DNA of 64,000 nucleotides from NCBI RefSeq assembly GCF_032191835.1, contig NC_083234.1:47802001-47866000 (forward strand). The letters run 5' to 3'. Below, in pieces: positions 1-9,569 of this stretch. The notes below the pieces were generated by a model. That model saw only the letters and a program-made list of their open reading frames with translations. It was not told the DNA's origin and did not search any database. Origin of the DNA: Heteronotia binoei (Eukaryota). The position numbers and the translations under genes were made by a program. Numbering within the stretch: the first letter of the stretch is position 1; the number at the start of each line of letters is the position of its first letter.

Positions 1-162
1 TCTGGGTAAATAATTTAGGATTAAGCTATAAATCTGTTTCAAACAGAAGATTAGATTATTCTCTAACAATTTTTAGTTGGGATAAATGCCAGCCTGGAGC
101 CATTTAAGAGCTCCAAAGCTTTGCTATCTTTCTGCACTTTGGAACCGCTGATATGAACACCA

Positions 163-171
163 TATATATAT
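163..171 (+). promoter_or_regulatory. Candidate TATA box of GKN3-like gene
   Basis: TATATATAT 70 nt upstream of the ATG; TATA-to-ATG spacing in the other three genes is 53-79 nt. Confidence 0.4.
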
Positions 172-232
172 TTACACATAACGTTTGAAATGTTTTTAGT
201 GGGTTTTGAGGCACATCTGACAGGTGGATAAA

Positions 233-244
233 ATGAAGTTCTTG
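233..244 (+). CDS. GKN3: GKN3-like exon 1 (MKFL)
   Basis: aaaATGAAGTTCTTG|gtaagt; 12-nt coding first exon as in the other three genes. Confidence 0.75.
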
Positions 245-3200
245 GTAAGTACATTTCCTAGCTTAATTAAAATAACATTTTATCTTATAGTGATCCAGTG
301 CAAAAATATTTTACTCTTACTCCCCAGCTTGTTTATAACCTAAAACAATAGAAAAAGTGACACAAATACTTTTTTGTGTGTGGGGGGGGGGGGTGGGGTC
401 AATTGTGGTGCAAAAAATTAATATGCTGCATATTCTAAGCAGATATTGATAATCAGATGGGTCTGAGCTTTTTGGTACCAAGACACAACACCTCTGTTGG
501 TCTATTTGTTATGCAGACAGAATGTTTACTGTATCTGTCATCTCATGAATATGTCTTTATTTCATTCATTCTTTTTATATCCCCAAGAAAAACTCTATGG
601 GATAGGCCAGCCTAGCCCAGCATCCTGTTTGCAATGACAGCCAACCAGGTGCTTTTAGGAAGTTCACAAGAGGAGCAGGAGAGCAACTTCTCTCCCCGTG
701 GTTTAAATATCAGCTCCTGAGTGACAAATGAATCTTTCCTCCTTCAGGATTTGATAATATTATCAAACCTACTATTTGTTGATTGACTACAAACTTGTTG
801 AACCCCCTTCAAAAACATTTATAAGAAAATGAAGAGTTTTGCACAATTGTATTGCTGAGAGGATTCTAGCAACAGAGCACTGAGGACATGATACCTTTGT
901 AGCCTTAAATGCTCTGCTTCTGATAGGTTTCTTGAATGTTCCAGGTTCTGATAGGATTGTGATTCTTTTCTTGTCCTGTCTGCATTTTAAAGAAGAGCAC
1001 ATGAAGCTGGCTTATACCAGCCATGTTTACAGGTTATAGTGAATGCACATTTAGTCTTTATACAGTGTACACATAATTGTGTGTAATACATGCCTTGGGG
1101 GTAATAATTCAGTGCCTGTACAGCATAACATGTGGTAAAAACTACTCATTTCAGGTACTGGTCCCTGGCTTTAGTGGAAAAATGAACACACATTGACTGT
1201 TTCTTACAGATGTATGCATGTTCACTGTAACATCTGGACAGGACTACTAATTCAAACCATTAGCCCGTTAAGGCCAGGACTCTAATTGGTAGCAACTATC
1301 TATCATCTCGGGAAGAGGTCTTTCACATTACCTATTATCTGATCCTTTTAGCTTGAGATATCTGGAACTGAACCTGAATCTTCTGCATGCATAGCAGATG
1401 CTCTACCACTGAACCAGATGTGGTGAGCTGCAATCTGCACATCTCCCTGAACATCCAGACCAATTAACCATACTTAAATCTCATTGTGGTGATCACTATG
1501 TGCAAAAAATGGCAATCTGAATTATTATTTCTTATCAGTATCAATATATATAACAAATAAAAAGGAAAGTGACATATTCACAGAAGGTAGACATGCCAAT
1601 GGATGTCATGCGTGGCCAGTCCAAACATGGATCTGACTTGTGTATGATATCCATGTTCTCCTTCTGGTTGTTGGATGGTTACTGTTGAAGACAAAATACT
1701 GGACTAGGTGGATCCTTGGATTGATATAATCAGGTACTTACAATTCTTTCCCTCCCCTAATTTTGTAAGCTCAGGAAGCAGATATTCTGCTTGAGTCTTT
1801 GAGACTCCTTCTCTAAAACAATGGAACTGGTTTCTCTTTCAGAAAGCCCTTGCTGCATTTTTTGGAGTCATCCTATCTTGGTCTTTGGCCAGTGAAGTAA
1901 GTAAGTGAAATAAAAGCAAGAAGAAGGAGGGGAATTGTCCTCCTATGTAGTTTTGGCTGTGCTTTTGTATGCGCCAGTGATGAGTTTTTGTAATGGCCTG
2001 ATAACCAAAAATGTGAAGCTCTTCCTGGCATGAATGTGAATGTTGATTTCTGAAAAAACTTATCCTGAGCCATTTAAAACATTTCTCCTACTTCAATGAG
2101 CTGTAGGATTGCCAGCTCCTGGTTGGGAAACACCTGGAGATGTCTGTGGTGGAGCCTGAGGAGGGTAGTGTTTGGGAAGGTGAGAAACTTCAATGGGGCC
2201 CACCTTCCAAAGTGGCCATTTTCTCCAGGTGAATTGATCTCTGTTATCTGGATATCAGTTGTAATCTCACACCTCCAGCTACCACCTGGAGGTTGGCAAA
2301 CCTAACAATTTAAGATCTGGTTCTGCTCATAAGGCAGTCAGCCCAGGTAATGGGGACAAGCTGAGTTGTTCCTAAAGAAAAAAAAAAGCCGGAGAGGATC
2401 CTCTTCTGTACACTATTTAAGAACCCACCAGTACCGTAAGTTGTTCCGTGCATGAGATGAACAACAAATGTATGGGCAGGAGAGGTCAATTTGAATCTCT
2501 CAGGGGTGCCCTTAATGGTGCCACAAAATCCTCTTCCTGAAGAGATGTGCCTCATTTCCACTTTCTTTGCTGGGCAACCTGAATGCTGATTGAACAATGT
2601 CTATAGAATCTATTACTTGTTCATGACTATTTTGGTCAACATGTTCCTACCATGCTGTGTAACTGAGAGGCTCTGAATGTCCAGTCCTTCACAGGGCTGC
2701 TAACTGGCCAAGAGGGAGGGGGAAGATGTCCTTTCACTTTTACAGAGTCTTAAGATGTGGAAGTGGGCAGCTGAAGGTTTTCATGGCATGGAGGTAAACA
2801 GTACTGGAATATTTGGATAATATAGCAGTTTGCCCAGTAACAGAATGCTAAATACTAAAATAGATACTAAATGCAGTAAATAAATCTCCCAAGAAGTATA
2901 TTGCAAAGAAAAAACTTGCATTCCTTTAAGTAGATCCAATTCACATTCAGGTTGCAGTCAAAAGGAGAGAAAGAAGTCTAATCTAAAGAGTAGTTTCCCT
3001 ATCACAAATGGCCAGCTTGTCTGGTATTATGTGTGTGAGAGTATGAGAGCACTATATCTCTATGGACAGCCATGTGCAGTAAGAGGACAAAAGAGAGAGG
3101 AAGGCTCAGAAGGCAGCTGCCAGGTTAAGACAAAAAAAAAGGCATCCTATTCAAGGAGACAGCACCTATAAATCTTTAGAATTATGTATTGCACCCCACC

Positions 3201-6200
3201 CCCTGTGTTCGGGCATGTTGAGTCGCTCACTCCAACAAACAAGTATCACCTGTTATTTGCTGCAGATCAAATTAGTAGTAAAGGGACAGGTTAGAAGGAC
3301 CAGTTCAAAAGTTGGCAGCTCTAATAGCCCTTCATTGCTCTTTCAGATTTGGGTCCTGGATATCCCTGACCTCCTCTCCATTTGTACAAGAAATATTTAG
3401 AGAGGAGGGAGATCCAGGAAAGTCAAGGTGATCTCTCTCTCTCTTTTAGATGTCCTTGACTTAAGTAAATGCTGTTTTTCTTCCCATGAAAGTTGATCTG
3501 CTGTGATACAACCACCCACCCAAGAAACTGCCAAACAGGACTCCTCTGCCAGCCATGACAGAGTTTCACAGCATCCCTCTCCACCCCACTGAGTTTCACA
3601 CTAGGGCCTCCCCAATGATTCATTCTCATCATTCTGTTTGGCTTTCTAGGTTATCAATGCGAGCAACCAAAGAAATGTTGATAGCAACACCCATCAAGCT
3701 GTGAATGTCAACCAACAAGCTCAGATTGTCAATATCCACAATTACCATGGGTGGAACGGATGGGATGCCATCTGGGACTACAGGAAGGCAAGGCGATAAT
3801 CTTCTATATCCAATAATTATATTTAGGACAGTAGCAATCTTTGTATTTAAACTTAAAATCTGAGGTTGACAGTAGATTTGTTGTGTTGTAAAGGGTCTTT
3901 TTGCTACCAGGCTGTTCCGTAAGAGGGCTTGTGTGGTGGCAACAATGGATCTGAAGACATTCCCAAGGCTGGAGACACTTAGCAGTTTCAGAGGACACAA
4001 GGTAAGATGCCAGTAGGCTTGCAAAAGTTGCAAGAAAAAAAATTGCAATAGAATCAGGAAACTCAGCAGTCTTGAGTCTTGGAGTCTCCTCCCTCTCCTC
4101 CACTGTCCCCTCCCCCCCGGCATGGATATTTATTCCTGTCCTCATCTGTTGTGATAAACAATCCAGGCATCCTAAGCAACTGGATGCCGGACAGGCAGGA
4201 AAAGTCACATAGAGTCTCCATCTGGGCATCCCAGAGGATGGGCCGGAAGGTATAGCACTTCCAAGCAGGTGCTTGGCAGGAACTGCAGAACAAAGTTTGA
4301 GTCCAGTGACACCCTTAAGACCAACAAAGTTTTATTCAAGGTGTGAGCTTTCATGTGCACACACACTTCCTCAGACAAAGTGAAATGAAATATACCAGTC
4401 CACACATATAAGGCAGAGATTGAACAGCACGTTAGCATACAATATAATGAAATGTTTTAACTGATGCAAAGAGGATTAACAATCTAAGTTTATAAGGTCA
4501 TCATTGTTTGGATTTTAATTTCAGGGGGGAACAGTGAGGCAAATAAATATGTAAGAATTGGTGCTATATATATAAATGTATCCTCAATTATGGAGTGCTA
4601 AGAGCAATCAACTGAGACCCTGCTGTCCCGCTCCATCTGTCTCCTCTCAAGCATGGAGGTAACTAATAGCATCTTTTTCTTGGAGGTGGAGTGATTTGTA
4701 GTGTGTGTTACCAGACCAGAGGAATGCATTTCACTTTGTCTGAGGAAGTGTGCCTGCACACAAAATCTCACACCTTGACACTTTGATACCCAGGAAGACA
4801 CCCCTGTACTTATTCCCAATCCATGCACCCCTGGAATGTGATATTGCAATGTAACCCTAGAATATTAATTGGATACAGCAATGCGCATTTGAATTGGAAT
4901 GGTCTTTCTTGCACATAAGGGAGACAAATCCAGTTCCTTCTTGACCCAAAGCAGGTCTGTAATGTGATTCTGGTTCACAAGCCAGAACAACATGATGCCA
5001 GCTGAAAGGTTGAGAAGCATCCATCTTTCTGCTCCTGGGAATGAAAATGTTCTGGGCCCAGAGAGACTGGTGGGCAGTGCCATAAAAATTCCTTCACTTT
5101 TGGAAACTTTTAAAAGTTCTGTTATCAAAGCATAAGGAAATAAGAATGAACCAGGAAACGTCCAACACAAATAAATGGCTTGTGTCTGTTATTCCTCAGG
5201 ACAAGATAGCAGGAACACGAAGGTTAGAGGCTAAGTACCCCTCTTGTTGTGAATGTGTGGTATAACCTGTAAACTGATATCACAATTTTGACTCTTAACA
5301 AAGTTTCTATTTTTCTTTAATTAATTGCTAAGGCCATCAAAGTCAGCCAGTCCCCTGACCACTTGATGGATGCCTATCCATGGTTGACACTAAGAGAGAA
5401 ATCTATCACTTTTGGGGAGCTTCAAAGGAACCAGTTTTGGGAAAAACAAGGCCATAAAGTCATTTGGCCAGTGTAATTAAAATTCCTGTTGGGGTATGGA
5501 TCTATGATACGAATGGTCTCTGATTGGATATTACACATATGACACCCCGATTTTCCATTGGTGTGACACTCTTCCCCCTCATTGGGTAAGTTAATTGAGT
5601 GATGTGATGTAATTTACCCTAGAAAACAGACAACCCAATATGTCAGGTTAGCTGGTTGCAGAAGAAGAAAAAGGAAGGAAAAAGGGATTCCCTTCATCCT
5701 CTCCTTCCTCCACCCCCTTCCTACCCTCACCCCCCCTTCCTCTCAAGAGAAATCTCCCTCCAGAGGCCTTGCATTTCCTCTGACTGAGCCTACCCTGCAA
5801 AGATCTAGGTATTGTATCACCTTCCCCAATCCATACTGATTCAGGTAACCTCTTTGTAATTCCTCTTGTATGCTTGAAATTGTTTGATTGAGATGTAACT
5901 ATTTGAAACCCTAAGCTATAATAAAATCCATTATTAACCAAAAGATTTTCAGTGGTCTATCACCGTAGACAAAGACATAGATCGTATGCACCTCACCTCT
6001 CGTAGGCCTACCATTTTGAGCTAAGAAATATTAATATTCCCCAATAAAAAGTTGTTTGAGGTGTAACAACTTGGTCTTAAATGTTCCACTGGACTCAGAC
6101 TTTGTTCTACTGCTTCAGACCAACACAGCTGCCCACTTGGATCTGTAGGAATTAATTGTGACCTCCTATTAACACTTTCCCCTTTTCCTCCCCGTTCCAG

Positions 6201-7439
6201 ACTGGAAAAAACATTCCTTTATCCCATGACTCAAGATTCTCAATTGGCAAGACCCATGTCAAGAACCTTGCCCAGTTTGGACTTGCAATTGAGCAGCTGT
6301 GCAGAGGGATCCCCACATACTATGCACATCCGGAACAAGGTAGGAAGCATCTCCCCTTGCACTGGGGGAAGAAGTCTAGGTGATTAATCCATGGATCATA
6401 ATCACATGTGGTTTGAAATCAGCAGAGGAGGGAGGAGGAAGTGCCCTCCCAGCCTCTCTAAATAGTGACCTTGCTGGGGAGCATCAGCATATCATACTGC
6501 ATGTGTTGTGCATCTGAAACTGATGGCTCTTTGAAGGGGGAAGGAAGACTTCCCAAAAGCTGAACGTATAGCTTGGATTTCAACTCCTTTAACCAGTTAC
6601 ATGTTGATAAACTTGTATGCCTGTTTTGCAAAAGGGGTCAACATCACAATATACTCTCTGACCTCCTTTATCCTGCATATTGCAAGGCAAGCCTGGCTCT
6701 GAAGAGCACAACCACCTTCAATTTTCTTGAACTGTCAGTAGCCCCTTTCAAATGTTACAACCACATATATCAAGATCCCAGCAAATGCACGTATCAGAAG
6801 GGCACACTACCACCGTGCTCCTGATATGTGCAGTTGCCATGTTGCCTGAATAGAGCAACACATGTATTTTGCAAGCGTGCAGAGTTTCAGCACATGCAAA
6901 CTGACCACTAGATTTTTCAAGATTTTGGTTTGTGCATGCCAAAGCTGTATATGCATGTGGTATTAGGAGCATTTAGGGTAGCGTCAGTAGTATGCAGGGT
7001 TGCTGGTTGCCCATAAGAGTGGATGTAACTTCAGAAAAGGGTTCCTATTTCTATCCAAAGGAGACCTGGACATTCTTGTCCTGTGGAAGGGTAAAGTATT
7101 GCTAGTGAAGAAATCATGATACCATACAGAAATACAATTCCAAGGATACTTTGGGGGAAAGCATGAGAGTTGAGGTGGTTTCAAACTAATTTCAGCATGT
7201 AATATATACATGCGGTCAGATCTGGCCCTGTAGGCAGTGCAGGATATAGCCTGATAAGGGCGTGGGACCTATCAAATCTCCCAAGATTGGCAGTTGACTG
7301 TGCATTTGCTTTGCTTTTTGGATCTTCATCTTTCCCCTTTACAGGAACAAATCTTCCTGCATTAAGTCCAGGTTGTGCAAATGTTGGAATCCTAAACTTA
7401 TTTGGCATCTCTCTGTGTGGTAACATTCCCAACTGCTAA
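233..7439 (+). CDS. GKN3: Gastrokine-3-like BRICHOS protein, 181 aa, six exons: join(233..244,1843..1896,3650..3787,3894..4001,6201..6339,7345..7439)
   Basis: Spliced 546-nt ORF with no internal stop: MKFL-KALAAFFGVILSWSLASE-VINASN...GWNGWDAIWDYRK-GLFATRLFRKRACVV...-...VKNLAQFGLAIEQLCRGIPTYYAHPEQ-GTNLPALSPGCANVGILNLFGISLCGNIPNC*. KNLAQ(F/Y)G, GT.L and the SxCGxIP ending resemble rodent Gkn3 as recalled. Its position, convergent on GKN2, matches GKN3. Confidence 0.8.
1843..1896 (+). CDS. GKN3: GKN3-like exon 2 (signal peptide)
   Basis: tttctctttcag|AAAGCC...AGTGAA|gtaagt; 54 nt; KALAAFFGVILSWSLASE. Confidence 0.88.
2104..2304. mobile_element. Short hAT-type MITE (TAGG(G/A)TTGCCA family, about 200 bp)
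   Basis: taggattgccag...ttggcaaaccta termini. Related copies at about 26230-26475, 27334-27550, 49915-50097 and 50428-50646. Confidence 0.6.
3650..3787 (+). CDS. GKN3: GKN3-like exon 3
   Basis: ttctag|GTTATC...AGGAAG|gcaag (GC donor); 138 nt; carries GWNGWDAIWDY. Confidence 0.88.
3894..4001 (+). CDS. GKN3: GKN3-like exon 4 (first BRICHOS Cys)
   Basis: gtaaag|GGTCTT...CACAAG|gtaag; GLFATRLFRKRACVVATMD. Confidence 0.9.
4262..6144. mobile_element. Penelope-like element remnants with inverted arms in GKN3 intron 4
   Basis: 4362-4387 is the exact reverse complement of 4727-4752. 6068-6144 is an inverted copy of the 4285-4330 motif. The same terminal motif occurs at 57041-57160. Confidence 0.5.
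6201..6339 (+). CDS. GKN3: GKN3-like exon 5 (second BRICHOS Cys)
   Basis: ttccag|ACTGGA...CAAG|gtagg; IEQLCRGIPTYYA. Confidence 0.92.
7345..7439 (+). CDS. GKN3: GKN3-like exon 6 (C-terminal hairpin, stop)
   Basis: tttacag|GAACA...TGCTAA; CANVGILNLFGISLCGNIPNC*. Confidence 0.9.
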
Positions 7440-7576
7440 GACTGCCACAGACTCAACCCTCGGTTTTCCCTGCATTCTCCTCAGAATAGTCCTGCTAATT
7501 CCTGCTATCATATTTCCCATTCATCATTTGATTTTCCTGATTAAAAGTCCATCCTGGCTTCCAGTTGTTAAATAAT

Positions 7577-7582
7577 AATAAA
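7577..7582 (+). terminator. Polyadenylation signal of GKN3-like gene
   Basis: AATAAA about 140 nt after the stop codon. Confidence 0.6.
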
Positions 7583-8356
7583 AAAGCTGTCATGAATGTT
7601 TCTTGATTTTCATTTTCTTGGAGTTTTGAGTAAGTTTCAATAGTGGGCAAAACTAGATGTTCGGTGTGGTGTAGCTTCAGGGGGAAGCACAAGGTAGCAG
7701 GTATTCCACTGTGTGTGTGTGTTCACATGCATTCACCCCAACTGGTTTTCCCCCGGTGGGAGAAAATATAAGTCAGTTTGTTGTAGCAGCTACAGCATCA
7801 GACTGGAATCTGAAAGACTCAGGTTCAAATCTCTCCTCTGCCACAGGAACTTGCTACGTGACCTTGGGGCAGTCAGTCTTTCTCAGCCAAACCTGCTTTA
7901 CAGGGTGATTGTTCTGAGGACACTGGGGGGGGGGGGTAGAGGGAGCGATGCGCTACGTTACTTTAGGTCTTACTTCAGGGTGAAATGCAAGGTATAAATA
8001 TCTAAAAAGGTCAAGAGAAAGGTTTAAAGTAGGGTTGACAGTCCCCCACTTTAGAACCACTCCCTCAGCAAGGCTATTGGGCAGCAGGGGGGAACTGGCT
8101 ACTGAAAAAGGATGTGCCATCATTCCTTCCTCTATGGAAGGAAGACAAGTTTAAGGGCAGAACATCCCCTACACTTAAAAGCTCGACTGCACGGCAAGAG
8201 GAGGTAGGTTAGAGACAGCTCCCCTTATAGGGTCCAAAGCCTGCCAGCACCATCAGCTGCCCACCCCTATTGAGTTCAGGCTGACTGGTGGGCACTCGTT
8301 CTTTTCAAATTGTTTGTGTGTGGGGGGAGGTCAAGTCACATTGGGTGGGGTGGGGA

Positions 8357-8424
8357 GGAAGGAAGGAAGGAAGGAAGGAAGGAAGGAAGGAAGGAAGGAA
8401 GGAAGGAAGGAAGGAAGGAAGGAA
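8357..8424. repeat. (GGAA)n microsatellite
   Basis: About 17 perfect GGAA units. Confidence 0.97.
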
Positions 8425-8694
8425 GCAACTTACAACTTTAGTTAGGTGCTTGGCTAGTCCCACAGAAGTGCAAGTATATATACACATAGCACAGTGTGAG
8501 AACAGCTACCTCTTAAACCATCCCCTTTTAACCAAGCCTCCCTGCAGTCCTTCAATTTGTCCTTCAATCATTCCTCACCCTCAACCAGCTGAGTGACTGA
8601 GAGATCGATCTCTGAATATGAAAGTCCCTGGTTCAGCTCATGTTTCTGCCATGCATTTACTCAGTAGCTGTAGGATTTTCAAAACAAGAGATGA

Positions 8695-8830
8695 ACAGAG
8701 GTGGTTTGCCATTGCCAGCCTCTACCTAGCAATCCTGGACTTCCTTGGAGGACTCTCATTCAAATACTAATCAGGGCTGACTCTGCCTAGCCTCTGAGAT
8801 CTGATGAGATCTGGCTAGCCTGGGCCATCC
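8695..8830 (-). mobile_element. 5S rRNA-derived SINE, degenerate
   Basis: Reverse strand reads gatctcatcagatctcagaggctaggcagagtcagccctgattagtatttgaatgagag, similar to the 5S internal promoter region. Confidence 0.6.
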
Positions 8831-9175
8831 AAGTCAGAGCCCCCAGGATACTACAGATGAGAAATGTAACAAGAAGGGCCAGGTTCAGTGGAATACTTAT
8901 GTGGCACAAGCCCCTGGTCTGAAGTCCCCAGAGAGTTCTCAACACCCCAGAGAGTTCTGAACAAAACACATAAAAGTAACATCTCTTAATGTGTACTTTG
9001 CTATCTATGACAAAATGAGGGCTGAAACCAAATAACATAATCATATTCAGCATGGCTCCTGCTGAGTGACTGGAGAAAATTCTGGAGGGGAAAATTCTGG
9101 AGCTATTGCCATAGCTCCACATGGAAAAAGTTTCTCTTCCTGAATTGATATCTGCTTCTTTCTGCATTTCCACAC

Positions 9176-9454
9176 TGTTGTGTCTTGCATTTCAGTCCCG
9201 AAATTACAACACAGCGGATACTACGGAGGTGACCAGTGGAAGTCCACTGGTCCCCGGATGTGGTTCTGCAAATACGCTCCGCCAATCAAGATCTGTGGCG
9301 GGAAGTTTAACTGGCCCGAATTGGACCTGGCCAGACTGAGGGTTGTTCCGGGGTATGTATATAATCGGGACCCGGCCCGCGTTGCCTTGCCTTATGATGT
9401 ACTCACTAATAAAGCATGTTGCCTTCAACACGTCTCGTCACTCAGTACATTACA
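9176..9454 (+). repeat. 5' LTR
   Basis: TGTTG...ATTACA; TATA-like tatataat near 9358; AATAAA near 9408. Confidence 0.96.
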
Positions 9455-9455
9455 G

Positions 9456-9475
9456 TGGCGACGAAGGTGGGATTC
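9456..9475 (+). other. Primer-binding site, tRNA-Ser(GCT)-like
   Basis: TGGCGACGAAGGTGGGATTC one base after the LTR; complementary to a ...GAATCCCACCTTCGTCGCCA 3' end (tRNA-Ser identity recalled, not searched). Confidence 0.7.
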
Positions 9476-9569
9476 TAGCCAGGTAACTCCCCAAGCGGGA
9501 CTTCGCTGACCGGCCAGAGATGAGGAAGGCACGCATTCAAGGGAGACGGAAGCGCCCGCTGCCGCCGCC

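Noticed and set aside
3347-3400. Strong acceptor (ctctttcag) followed by IWVLDIPDLL, as a candidate GKN3 exon 2
   Set aside because: It runs into TAG with no donor; the 54-nt exon at 1843-1896 fits far better.
8288-8596. ORFs with KEGR/FLPS repeats
   Set aside because: Translation of the (GGAA)n microsatellite.
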